Shown piece after piece: positions 10,701 through 19,332 of a stretch of DNA of 43,546 nucleotides. Location of the stretch: assembly GCA_050264615.1 (NCBI GenBank), contig JBLNGI010000320.1, positions 1 through 43,546 on the forward strand, written 5' to 3'. The stretch comes from Gemmatimonadota bacterium. Its GTDB lineage: Bacteria > Gemmatimonadota > Gemmatimonadetes > Gemmatimonadales > GWC2-71-9. A program made the position numbers and the translations under genes. The notes below the pieces were generated by a model. It was not told where the DNA came from. It was given only the letters and a program-made list of their open reading frames with translations, and searched no databases. Numbering within the stretch: the first letter of the stretch is position 1; each line of letters opens with the position of its first letter.

Positions 10701-11475
10701 GCGTTCCAGCGCCATCGCACAGCGGTGGCGCGCGCTCGGCACCACCCGGGCGCTGATTCCATACCTCACCGCCGGTTTCCCCACCTACGCGAGCTCACTG
10801 GATGCGCTGCGCCGTGTCGCCCTGGCCGGCGCCGATTTCGTCGAGGTCGGCGTCCCGTTCTCCGATCCGCTCGCCGACGGCCCGACCATCCAGCGGACCA
10901 CGCAAGCGGCGCTGGAACAGGGGATGACCGTCCCGCGGGTGCTGGCGCTGGTGCGCGACGCGGCGCTCGCGGTGCCGGTGATCATCATGACCTACCTCAA
11001 CCCCGTGCTGTCGTACGGGGTGGATCGCTTCGTCAGAGACGCCAGCGCGGCAGGGGCCGCCGGCGTGCTGCTCACCGACCTGCCGGCTGGCGCGGACCCC
11101 GCGGTGGAACAGGCAGTGACGAACAGCGAGCTCGACTTGATTCGACTGGTCGCGCCGACAACCGATGACCGACGCCTGACGGCCGCCCTGAGCGGCACAA
11201 CCGGATTCGTCTATCTGATCTCGCGCCTGGGCGTGACGGGAGTCCGGGACAGCGTCCCGGCGGACCTCGAACCCCAGGTGCGGCGGGTGCGTGCGGTGAG
11301 CCGGCTGCCCGTCGCGGTGGGGTTCGGAATCGGGACGCCGGCCCAGGCGGCCGCGGCCGCGCGCCACGCCGACGGGGTCGTGGTGGGCAGCGCCTTGCTC
11401 GAGGTGCTGGCGAAGGATGGCGCGGCGGCGATGGAGCGACTCGCGCGCGATCTCGCCACGGCGGTGCACGGATGA
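10693..11475 (+). CDS. trpA: tryptophan synthase alpha subunit
   Basis: [11 protein letters not shown] and [17 protein letters not shown] motifs. The start is inferred as the in-frame TTG at 10693 (homolog-like N-terminal length). The ORF-track ATG at 10567 would lie 134 nt inside the HD-GYP gene. Confidence 0.85.
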   Translation: MSERSSAIAQRWRALGTTRALIPYLTAGFPTYASSLDALRRVALAGADFVEVGVPFSDPLADGPTIQRTTQAALEQGMTVPRVLALVRDAALAVPVIIMTYLNPVLSYGVDRFVRDASAAGAAGVLLTDLPAGADPAVEQAVTNSELDLIRLVAPTTDDRRLTAALSGTTGFVYLISRLGVTGVRDSVPADLEPQVRRVRAVSRLPVAVGFGIGTPAQAAAAARHADGVVVGSALLEVLAKDGAAAMERLARDLATAVHG

Positions 11476-13559
11476 GCATCAGCCGGTTCGTGACCATCTA
11501 CAGCCAGGCGCTGGCCTACGCCGGCACCGTCATCCTCGCCGCCGTCCTCATCGCCGACCCGCGCTGGCTCAGGCAGATCCCGGAAATCGTCGTGCTGCTC
11601 GGCAGCGCCATCGCGTTCCGGGGCCTCGCCGTACCGCTCAGCAAGTATTCCTATCTCACCCAGACGGCGCTCGTCGGCATCGCCGGCAGTCTGCTCGTCG
11701 GTATTCCGGCCACGGCGCTGGCGGTCGCGGGCGCGACGCTGGTCACCGATTCACTCTGGCAACGCAAGCCGCTGCGCGTCGCCTGGATCAATCTGGGCCG
11801 CGAGATCATCACGATCGTCGCGGCATTCGGGGTGTACACGACGAGCCTCTCCTGGCTCGGCATGCATGCCGCGCCGATCGTCGCGATCGAGCTGCTGCCG
11901 GCGCTCGCCGGCTACGCGCTTGCGTATTTCCTGTTCGGTCGCGTGCTCTTCTACTTCAGCCTCATCATCCGGTCCAAGCTGGAGCCCGCGGAACGGCTGA
12001 TGATCGTGCGCTACGAAGTGATCGCGTACGCCGCGACGCTGCTGGCGGCGACGATCTTCGTCGGTGCGGTGGTTGCCTGGTCGTCGTTCGGCGCCTGGAT
12101 CCTGGTCGGTCTCGTCCTCACGTTCCTGGGCCTGCTGCTCAAGCAGATGATTGAAGAGGCGATCTCGGCCGAGGAGTTGAATAAGATCCACGCGATGGAG
12201 GCGGTCATCGCCGCCAATATCAGCCTCCAGGATTCCTTCCAGCGGATCGAGCGCCTCGCCCACCGGCTCGTGGACTGGGGCGACTTCCGCATCTATCGCC
12301 TGCACGAGGGGAAGCTGACGCTCGCGCATCGCTCCGAGCGGGGGAGAGCGGCGCGTGCCGAGCCGTCGCCGGATACCGTCGCCCTGCGGCAGGCCGTCGG
12401 CGACACCGGAGAGACGGTCGTCATCGATGACGTGACGCGGGACAAGCGGATCGCGGACGCGCCGCTCGAAGTGCAGAGCCTGGTGATCGTTCCGCTCAAG
12501 TTCGGCGATCACGTCATCGGTACGCTGGAGCTCGAGCATCACAAGAAGCACTGCTACCGGCGCCAGGACATCCTGACCATCACGACCTTCGCCAATCAGC
12601 TCGCGACGGCCGTGCACATCACCGACCTGCGCCGCCCGCTGGTGGAAACCGTCGACCGGATGACGCGCCAGCTCGCCACGATCGCGCAAACTGCCCAGGC
12701 GCTGAAGGGCGCCGCCGCGGCCGTCGCCAGCTCAACCGGGGTCATTCGGGAGGGCGTGCGCCGCGAGGAAGGCGAGGTCTCGGGGGGACTCGAGGCGACG
12801 GAGAGCCTCGCGCTGGTATCGCGGCGCGTCTCCGACGACGGCGCAGGCGCGGCGCGCGCGTCCACCGCCGCGAGCGACGTGGCGAGCCGCAACCGCACCC
12901 AGATTCGCGAGGCGATCGAGCGCCTGGTGGCACTCAAGGCCTTCGTGGGTGAGAGCTCGAGCAAAGTGCAGCAGCTCGGGCAAATGAGCCGGCGCATCAC
13001 GGGCTTCATTGCCTCGATTCGCGAGCTGGCGGAGATGACCAACCTCCTGGCGCTGAACGCGGCGATCGAGGCCGCGCGCGCGGGCAAACATGGCAAGGGC
13101 TTTGCCGTGGTGGCGGACGAGGTGCGCCACCTGGCCGAGCAAAGCGCGAGCGCGGCGGCGGAGGCGGGCGAGTTGGTGCAGGACATCCACACCCAGGTCG
13201 GTGAAGTCGTCGAGCAGATGCGCAAGGGACAGGTGAACGTGGGCGGTGTCGAGGAGCTCTCCGCGGCGGCGCTCGAGGCGCTCGACGCGATTGTGGCGGC
13301 AACGGCGGAGGCGACCGCGCACGCCGGACGGATCACGGCGGCGGCGGGCGAGCAGAGCCGGGCATTCGCGCGCCTGCGCGAGCGGATCAACGCCGTCGCG
13401 AGCATCGCGGGGCAGAATCGCGCCGAAGCCGACGACGTGGCGACCCGCGCCGTCCAGGCAGCCGAGGGGCTGACCAATCTCGAGCGCGCCACGCGTGACC
13501 TCGAGCAAGTGGCCACAATGCTGCGCGATCTCACGCGCGGCTTCGCCAACGTAGCGTAG
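11472..13559 (+). CDS. polytopic membrane protein with GAF domain and methyl-accepting chemotaxis (MCP) signalling domain
   Basis: 695-aa ORF. About 230 aa of hydrophobic N-terminus, probably 6-8 TM segments. GAF-like region ([19 protein letters not shown]). MCP hairpin core [39 protein letters not shown] overlap with the trpA stop. Confidence 0.75.
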   Translation: MSISRFVTIYSQALAYAGTVILAAVLIADPRWLRQIPEIVVLLGSAIAFRGLAVPLSKYSYLTQTALVGIAGSLLVGIPATALAVAGATLVTDSLWQRKPLRVAWINLGREIITIVAAFGVYTTSLSWLGMHAAPIVAIELLPALAGYALAYFLFGRVLFYFSLIIRSKLEPAERLMIVRYEVIAYAATLLAATIFVGAVVAWSSFGAWILVGLVLTFLGLLLKQMIEEAISAEELNKIHAMEAVIAANISLQDSFQRIERLAHRLVDWGDFRIYRLHEGKLTLAHRSERGRAARAEPSPDTVALRQAVGDTGETVVIDDVTRDKRIADAPLEVQSLVIVPLKFGDHVIGTLELEHHKKHCYRRQDILTITTFANQLATAVHITDLRRPLVETVDRMTRQLATIAQTAQALKGAAAAVASSTGVIREGVRREEGEVSGGLEATESLALVSRRVSDDGAGAARASTAASDVASRNRTQIREAIERLVALKAFVGESSSKVQQLGQMSRRITGFIASIRELAEMTNLLALNAAIEAARAGKHGKGFAVVADEVRHLAEQSASAAAEAGELVQDIHTQVGEVVEQMRKGQVNVGGVEELSAAALEALDAIVAATAEATAHAGRITAAAGEQSRAFARLRERINAVASIAGQNRAEADDVATRAVQAAEGLTNLERATRDLEQVATMLRDLTRGFANVA

Positions 13560-13586
13560 CCGATCCGGGCCTTTTAGCATTCCAGC

Positions 13587-14021
13587 GTGGCTGTCGAACG
13601 AGCCTACGTCGCGTTGGGGTCCAACGTGGGCGACCGGGAGGCCCATCTGGCGCACGCGCGGGCGCGCTTGAGCGCGCTGCCCGACACGCGTTTGCTCGCC
13701 GCGTCGCGTGTGGAAGAGACGGCCCCGCTGGGAGGGGGGGAGAGGCCAGTTGCGCAGGGGCCGTATTTGAACCAAATGGTGCTGCTCGAGACAGGACTCC
13801 CACCGGCGGATCTGCTCGCGCAGTGTCGGGCGATCGAGGCGGAGCGGGGCAGGGAGCGCCGCGCGGGGGAGCGCTGGGGCCCGCGGACCCTCGATCTCGA
13901 CATCGTACGCTACGGAGCGCGCATCGTGCGGGAACCGGATCTGCTGATTCCACACCCCGAGCTGGCCAATCGCGATTTCTGGCAGCGCGAAATCGCCGAG
14001 CTGGACGGTGAGCATGTCTGA
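13587..14021 (+). CDS. folK: 6-hydroxymethyl-7,8-dihydropterin pyrophosphokinase (HPPK)
   Basis: 144-aa ORF with a GTG start. AYVALGSNVGD, RWGPRTLDLDIV and IPHPEL motifs. Confidence 0.85.
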   Translation: MAVERAYVALGSNVGDREAHLAHARARLSALPDTRLLAASRVEETAPLGGGERPVAQGPYLNQMVLLETGLPPADLLAQCRAIEAERGRERRAGERWGPRTLDLDIVRYGARIVREPDLLIPHPELANRDFWQREIAELDGEHV

Positions 14022-14817
14022 CATCACCACGCGGACCCTGCTCGAGATGAAGGAGAAGGGCGAACGCATCGTCGCGCTCACGTGCTACGACGCGCTGTTC
14101 GCCCGCCTGCTCGACGCGAGCGGCGTGGACGTGCTGCTCGTGGGGGACTCGCTCAATCAGGTGCTCGCCGGCGCTGCATCCACCCTGTCGGCCACGCTCG
14201 AACAGATGATCTATCACACGACCATGGTCCGGCGCGGCACGGAACGCGCGCTCGTCGTGTGCGACATGCCGTTCCTGAGCTACCAGATCTCGCCGGAGGA
14301 CGCGATCAAGAACTGCGGCCGCGCGATGAAAGAAACCGGCTGCCACGCGGTGAAGATCGAAGGGGGCCAGCCCATCGCCGCGACGGTTCGACGCCTGGTC
14401 GACGTGGGCATCCCGGTGATGGGCCACATCGGACTCACGCCACAGTCGGTGCACGCGCTGGGCGGCTACCGCGTGCAGGGTCGGGACGACGCAACCGCGG
14501 CGCGGCTCAAGGCCGACGCGGCTGCATTGCAGGACGCCGGCGCGTTCGGCGTGGTGCTCGAGCTCGTCCCGGCGCCACTCGCCTCGCAAATCACCAAAGC
14601 GCTCACGATTCCGACGATCGGCATCGGGGCCGGTCCGGCCTGTGACGGCCAGGTGCTCGTGTTGCACGACATGCTCGGGCTCAACGACCAGTTCTCGGCC
14701 AAGTTCGTGAAGAAGTACGCCGCGCTCGCCGAAGACGTGCGGGAAGCGGCCCGCGTGTTCGCGGCCGAGGTGCGTGAGGGGCGCTATCCTGGCCCGGAGC
14801 ATTCCTTCGGAAAATGA
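14008..14817 (+). CDS. panB: 3-methyl-2-oxobutanoate hydroxymethyltransferase
   Basis: 269-aa ORF with LTCYDA, VGDSL, VKIEGG and GHIGLTPQS motifs. Confidence 0.92.
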   Translation: MSMSDITTRTLLEMKEKGERIVALTCYDALFARLLDASGVDVLLVGDSLNQVLAGAASTLSATLEQMIYHTTMVRRGTERALVVCDMPFLSYQISPEDAIKNCGRAMKETGCHAVKIEGGQPIAATVRRLVDVGIPVMGHIGLTPQSVHALGGYRVQGRDDATAARLKADAAALQDAGAFGVVLELVPAPLASQITKALTIPTIGIGAGPACDGQVLVLHDMLGLNDQFSAKFVKKYAALAEDVREAARVFAAEVREGRYPGPEHSFGK

Positions 14818-14901
14818 TCAATGCCCAATGGTCAATGACCAATGACCAATGACCACTGAACATTGATAATTGACCATTGATTATTGATAATTGTTCATTC
14901 C
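14818..14901. repeat. 12-unit heptanucleotide tandem array (YCAATGA drifting to NNATTGA), AT-rich, with an internal 11-bp inverted repeat
   Basis: Read in 7-nt phase directly after the panB stop: tcaatgc ccaatgg tcaatga ccaatga ccaatga ccactga acattga taattga ccattga ttattga taattgt tcattcc. caatggtcaat (14826-14836) is the reverse complement of attgaccattg (14869-14879). Confidence 0.9.
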
Positions 14902-14916
14902 GACCGGAGGGCCGCT

Positions 14917-15093
14917 GTGTCGAAGACTGACGACGAACGCATGGCCAAGCTGATCAAGAAGAACATGGCCAAAGCGGAAAAGCAGAAACCGAAGGCGCGC
15001 AAACGATACGACCCCACGCTGCCGCCGGAATCGACCGACGATGACATCGAGCGCCGTGACTTCTTTTCGGAGATGAAGAAGCGCGAGTTCTAG
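14917..15093 (+). CDS. small highly charged hypothetical protein (~58 aa) between panB and panC
   Basis: GTG at 14917 lies 6-7 nt downstream of GGAGG. Product is VSKTDDERMAKLIKKNMAKAEKQKPKARKRYDPTLPPESTDDDIERRDFFSEMKKREF. G/C-rich third codon positions resemble neighbouring genes. The stop is 1 nt before the panC TTG start. Confidence 0.45.
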   Translation: MSKTDDERMAKLIKKNMAKAEKQKPKARKRYDPTLPPESTDDDIERRDFFSEMKKREF

Positions 15094-15094
15094 G

Positions 15095-15964
15095 TTGCGC
15101 GAGCTTACCACCATTTCCGAGATGCGCTCCTGGTCCCGGGTCGAGCGCTCTCGCCGCCACACCATCGGCTTCGTTCCCACCATGGGATACCTCCACGAAG
15201 GGCATTTGCGCCTCGTGGATCGCGCGCGTGAGCTCGCCGAGCGCGTCGTCGTCAGCATCTTCGTCAATCCACTCCAATTCGGGCCGCATGAGGACCTCGC
15301 GCGCTACCCGCGCGACCTGCCGCGCGATCGCGCCCTCGCGGAGGCGCGCGGCGTCGATTGTCTGTTCGCGCCCGAGGCTGCGGCGATGTACCCCAACGAG
15401 CTGCTGGCACGCGTCGTCCCCGGGTCGGTGGCCGACACGCTCGAGGGCATGGCGCGTCCGGGGCATTTCACCGGAGTGCTGACCGTCGTCGCCAAGCTGT
15501 TCCACATCGTCGAGCCCGATGTCGCCGTGTTCGGCCGCAAGGACTTCCAGCAGGCGATGCTCGTCCGGCGGCTCGTGCAGGATCTGGATTTCCCGGTGAC
15601 GATCGACATCGGGCCCACGGTGCGCGAGCTCGACGGCCTCGCCCTCTCCTCACGCAATCGCTACCTGAACCCCGACGAGCGCCGCTCGGCATTGGTGCTC
15701 GCGCGCGCGCTGCGCACACTCGAGCAAACCTGGCGCGCGGGGGAAGCCGACCCGGCCAAACTCCAACGCGCCGGTCTCGAAGCGATGCACGCACCCGGCG
15801 TGATCCCCGAGTACTGTGCGCTGGTCGATGAGGGGCTTCAGCCGGTCACGCGCGTGACGGCCCGGACGGTGGCGGTGGTCGCGGCGCGCGTCGGCAAGAC
15901 GCGACTGCTCGACAACGTCGTGCTCGGCGAGGGAATCGGCGCGGACCCGCGAGTCACGCCGTGA
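15095..15964 (+). CDS. panC: pantoate--beta-alanine ligase
   Basis: 289-aa ORF with a TTG start. VPTMGYLHEGH, NPLQFGP and ALSSRN motifs. Confidence 0.92.
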   Translation: MRELTTISEMRSWSRVERSRRHTIGFVPTMGYLHEGHLRLVDRARELAERVVVSIFVNPLQFGPHEDLARYPRDLPRDRALAEARGVDCLFAPEAAAMYPNELLARVVPGSVADTLEGMARPGHFTGVLTVVAKLFHIVEPDVAVFGRKDFQQAMLVRRLVQDLDFPVTIDIGPTVRELDGLALSSRNRYLNPDERRSALVLARALRTLEQTWRAGEADPAKLQRAGLEAMHAPGVIPEYCALVDEGLQPVTRVTARTVAVVAARVGKTRLLDNVVLGEGIGADPRVTP

Positions 15965-16479
15965 GCCTCCCGGCCTGGGCCGTGGTGACGCCGGCACGCC
16001 GGGCACACATCGAGCGCGTCGTGGCGCTGCTGAACAGCTGGGCCGATATGATGGAAGTGGCTCCCCGAGAGCGGGAGCGGTGGCTGCGAGCCGGCTGGCT
16101 CCACGACGCGCTGCGGGATGCGCCGCTCCCCGATGCCAGGGCGCACGGCCCCGCGGCCGCCGACCGTGCCGCCGCAGACGGCGAGAGCGACCGTGGCGTG
16201 CTCGACGCGGTGCGGTTTCACACTTTCGGCTCCCCCGAGTGGGACGATGTCGGCCGCATGCTCTATCTCGCGGACTTCCTCGAGCCCGGGCGCACGCTTC
16301 CCGATCGCGCCGACCTCGCCCGCCGGGTCCCGAACGAACGCGATGCCGTGCTCGAGGAAGTCGCCCGGCGCCGGCTCGAATGGATCATCCGTTCCGGGTG
16401 GTCGCTGCCCGACGCGACCGTCACGTTTTGGAATCAGCTGGTCGGAGGGGCAGACGGCCGAACGGCCGGACGGCCATGA
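15961..16479 (+). CDS. HD-domain protein, YqeK-like (putative Ap4A hydrolase family)
   Basis: 172-aa ORF. H...GWLHDALRD, AVRFHTFG and LYLADFLEPGR match the YqeK pattern (H..HD, AI..HT.G, AD..EPGR). Confidence 0.55.
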   Translation: MSLPAWAVVTPARRAHIERVVALLNSWADMMEVAPRERERWLRAGWLHDALRDAPLPDARAHGPAAADRAAADGESDRGVLDAVRFHTFGSPEWDDVGRMLYLADFLEPGRTLPDRADLARRVPNERDAVLEEVARRRLEWIIRSGWSLPDATVTFWNQLVGGADGRTAGRP

Positions 16480-16868
16480 GACTGATCGGCGTCGGTGCGC
16501 TGCTGGGCGCCGTCGCATGTGGCGGCGACGGCACGCGCACACCACCGATTCCGGGCGACCGCGGTTCTGCGATAACGGTCGAAGTCCTGAACGCGAATGG
16601 ACGCCCACGAGATGCACGCGTGGGGACGCGCCTGCTGCGGCGTCAAGGGATCGACGTCGTGTATTACGGGAACGCCGATGCCGGTACGCTCGATTCGACG
16701 CGCATCGTCGTACGGCGTGGCTCGGCCAAGGTGGGGGAGCAGGTACGGACGGCGTTGGGGCTGGGTAGGGTTGAGATCGACCTCGATAGCAGCAAGCTAC
16801 TCGATGTGAGCGTGCTGCTCGGCGCGGACTTTGTCCCGCCGCGTTCGACCCGCGACTTCCACCCGTAG
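16476..16868 (+). CDS. LytR_C-domain lipoprotein
   Basis: In-frame ATG at 16476 (ATGA overlap with the previous stop). Lipobox-like LLGAVAC-G. VEVLNANG...G and the VLLGADF ending are typical of the LytR cell-envelope C-terminal domain. Confidence 0.6.
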   Translation: MRLIGVGALLGAVACGGDGTRTPPIPGDRGSAITVEVLNANGRPRDARVGTRLLRRQGIDVVYYGNADAGTLDSTRIVVRRGSAKVGEQVRTALGLGRVEIDLDSSKLLDVSVLLGADFVPPRSTRDFHP

Positions 16869-17873
16869 CTGGCCGCAAGCCGCGCTGATATCCAGGCCGC
16901 GGCTGCGCCGCAGCACCGCCTCCACGCCGCGCCGCTTCAGCCGCCGTTCGAACGCGAGCATGTGGGCCCGCGTACTGGGCGTCAAATCCGGTGCGCCACC
17001 GGGATGCAGTGGCAGCAGATTCACGAGCGCTTCGAGCGGTTTCGCGATCTGCGCCAGCTGATCCGCTGCTTCCAGCGAATCGTTTTTTCCACCGATCAAC
17101 ACATACTCGAGCGTCACCCGGCGCCGAAACTGCTTCAACGCCTCCAGCAGCTGCGGCAGCGCGTATTTCTTCTCGACCGGCATCAGCTCCCGGCGCAACG
17201 CCGGAGCGGGCGCGTGCAGCGATACCGCGAGCCGGAACTGCTCGGGCCGCTGCGCAAACTTGGCGAGGCTGGGGAGAATGCCAACCGTCGACACCGTGAT
17301 GTGCCGCGCGCCGATCCCGAATCCCTCCGGGTTGTTCAGAACCGTGAGTGTCGTATCGACCGCGTCCCAGTTGAGCAGCGGCTCGCCCATCCCCATGAAC
17401 ACGACGTTGGTCGGCTTCAAGCCGGGATCACGCAGCACCAGCTCCCGGACCTGACCCGCGATCTCACCGGTCGCGAGATTGCGCCGAAATCCCATGCGTC
17501 CGGTGGCGCAGAACACGCAGCCCAGCGCGCACCCCGCCTGTGAAGAGATGCACAGGGTGCGGCGCGTGCCTTCCGGAATGAGCACGGACTCGATCGCTTC
17601 ACCATCACCGAGATCCCACAGGAACTTCTGCGTGCCGTCGCTCGACTGCTGATGGGCCGTGAGGGCGAGCCGGCGCAACGGGAACGCGTCGTCCAGCGCC
17701 CGACGCAACGGATCCGGGAGATCGGTGGCATCCTTCCAGCCGGCAACGGGACGCTGCCAGAGCCGGGGCAGTAGCTGGCGCAGGCGATAGGCAGGCTCCG
17801 CTCGCGTTGCCAGCCATTCCTGGAGAGTTGCTCGGGCCGCCTCCGGTGTGAGACTGAGGAGGTCGACGCTCAT
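16797..17873 (-). CDS. rlmN: 23S rRNA/tRNA adenine-C2 methyltransferase (radical SAM)
   Basis: CALGCVFCATG radical-SAM cluster motif and a C-terminal AACGQL. The start is trimmed to the MSVDLLSL Met at 17873 (ATGA overlap with the upstream gene). The 3' end overlaps the LytR_C gene convergently by 72 nt. Confidence 0.88.
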   Translation of the reverse strand: MSVDLLSLTPEAARATLQEWLATRAEPAYRLRQLLPRLWQRPVAGWKDATDLPDPLRRALDDAFPLRRLALTAHQQSSDGTQKFLWDLGDGEAIESVLIPEGTRRTLCISSQAGCALGCVFCATGRMGFRRNLATGEIAGQVRELVLRDPGLKPTNVVFMGMGEPLLNWDAVDTTLTVLNNPEGFGIGARHITVSTVGILPSLAKFAQRPEQFRLAVSLHAPAPALRRELMPVEKKYALPQLLEALKQFRRRVTLEYVLIGGKNDSLEAADQLAQIAKPLEALVNLLPLHPGGAPDLTPSTRAHMLAFERRLKRRGVEAVLRRSRGLDISAACGQLRVEVAGRTRRDKVRAEQHAHIE

Positions 17874-18778
17874 TTGAATCGTGCTTCCACTCCGACGCGG
17901 TAGGCGGAACCGAGCTCGTTGACCCCAGCGTCCCGCGCGACGGCGATCCGGTACTTGCCGATGTTCAGACCCAGTCCGGCGACGGCCCGCCACGAGCCCG
18001 CACCGTAGCCGCCTTCTCGTGCAAACAGGAGGTCGAACGCGACAATCTTCGAGAACTCGGCCCCGACCCCAAGCTGTTGATCCGCCGTGAAGCCATGCGC
18101 GAACGAGATGCCGTAACGGCCGCGAATCACGACGCGGTCACCTCCTTCGGAGACCGGGCTCTGCCAGATCCGCGCTTCGACACCCGCATAGACATCCTGT
18201 GCCGGATCGTTTGCGGTGAGCGATGAAAAGAAATGCGTCGCAGCGGCAATGCGGAATCGGTCGCTGCCCAACGACCGGCTCGCGCCGAGATCGAGGGTCC
18301 AGCGACTGTCGCTGGTCACATCGAGCCGTGTCTCATGAAACGCGACCGTGGCCCCGACGTCGGTGCCGCTCAACCGCTTCGACCAATTCGTGCCGAAGGT
18401 GTAGGTGTAGACCGGAACGGTGCTGCCCGTCGGATCAGGACTGTCGGTCGTCTGGGTGATATCGCTGAGTCCGACGCGGCCATAGATGATGCCGAGGTGG
18501 CCGATTCTTCCAGCGGGGATCCGCATCGTGCCGATCACACCGGTGGCATCCACTGCTGACGGCGTTTGAATCGCCTCGAACGCGAGCTGCACGCGCGCGC
18601 TGTCCTGCGTCTGTGCCGGATTCCACAGTGCCGCGGCGGCCCCTTGGGCGAGGGCGGGGGGCGTTGCCAGCGTTGTTGCGGCGACGCGCCAGAGTGTCGT
18701 CCCGGTAGCGTCCTGCGCGCTGCCGCGAGTCGTCGCCAGCGTCGACACTCCAACCAGCAGCAGCCCAATGCGTTGCAT
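17870..18778 (-). CDS. putative outer-membrane beta-barrel protein with signal peptide
   Basis: 302-aa ORF. N-terminal signal (LLLVGVSTLATTRGSAQD), an early WNPA motif as in PorV/FadL-like barrels, alternating-hydrophobic strands, and an aromatic near the C-terminus (VEARFK). Confidence 0.45.
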   Translation of the reverse strand: MQRIGLLLVGVSTLATTRGSAQDATGTTLWRVAATTLATPPALAQGAAAALWNPAQTQDSARVQLAFEAIQTPSAVDATGVIGTMRIPAGRIGHLGIIYGRVGLSDITQTTDSPDPTGSTVPVYTYTFGTNWSKRLSGTDVGATVAFHETRLDVTSDSRWTLDLGASRSLGSDRFRIAAATHFFSSLTANDPAQDVYAGVEARIWQSPVSEGGDRVVIRGRYGISFAHGFTADQQLGVGAEFSKIVAFDLLFAREGGYGAGSWRAVAGLGLNIGKYRIAVARDAGVNELGSAYRVGVEARFK

Positions 18779-18807
18779 GCCGAACGTTTACTCAAGGCTG
18801 TGGCGCC

Positions 18808-18834
18808 GTCAACTCAAGTCAACTATCTTCAACC
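18808..18834. promoter_or_regulatory. three TCAAC direct repeats at an exact 10-bp period in a divergent intergenic region
   Basis: gTCAACtcaa gTCAACtatc tTCAACc, with TCAAC at 18809, 18819 and 18829. Lies between the OMP gene start (18778) and the ptsN start (18860). Confidence 0.3.
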
Positions 18835-18859
18835 GGTTACGGCACTTGGACACACTCCA

Positions 18860-19318
18860 TTGCGACTCTCCGAACTGCTAACGCCTGACCGGATTCGGGT
18901 GCCTCTCAGGGCCCAAAGTAAGGAGGGCGTATTGCGGGAATTGGTGGATTTGCTGGTCGGAGGAAATGGGGCGGCGCCGGATGTGCTTCAGGCGGTTCTG
19001 GAACGGGAGCGGCAATTCCCGACCGGAATCGGTTATGGCGTGGCCGTCCCGCACGGGAAGACCCCCGCGCTGGCGAATCTCGTCGCGGTGGCCGGGACCG
19101 CCCCGGCTCCCGTGCCCTATGAAACGGTGGACGGCGAGCCCGTGCGGCTGTTTTTCCTGCTGGCGGGCCCGGAATCGCAGGCCGGCGCGCACGTGAAGGC
19201 GCTGAGCCGGATTTCGCGCTTGGTGCGGCGTGAGCCGATTCGTGCTCGCCTGCTGGCGGCTCCGGACGCCGCCGAGTTTTACCGCATTCTGTGCGATGCA
19301 GAGAGGGGAGGAGCATAG
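18860..19318 (+). CDS. ptsN: PTS EIIA-Ntr-type nitrogen regulatory protein
   Basis: The in-frame TTG at 18860 gives (M)RLSELLTPDRIRV. GIGYGVAVPHGK (phospho-His) motif. About 153 aa, typical for PtsN. Confidence 0.8.
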   Translation: MRLSELLTPDRIRVPLRAQSKEGVLRELVDLLVGGNGAAPDVLQAVLERERQFPTGIGYGVAVPHGKTPALANLVAVAGTAPAPVPYETVDGEPVRLFFLLAGPESQAGAHVKALSRISRLVRREPIRARLLAAPDAAEFYRILCDAERGGA

Positions 19319-19332
19319 ACGCTCGCGAAGGC

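Noticed and set aside
14818-14901. Possible CRISPR array
   Set aside because: The units are 7 nt and directly abutting with no spacers. There are no cas genes in the window.
18841-18865. Sigma54 (-24/-12) promoter upstream of ptsN (GGCAC...TTGC)
   Set aside because: The GG-to-GC spacing is 14 or 21 nt instead of about 12, and the TTGC coincides with the inferred ptsN TTG start codon.
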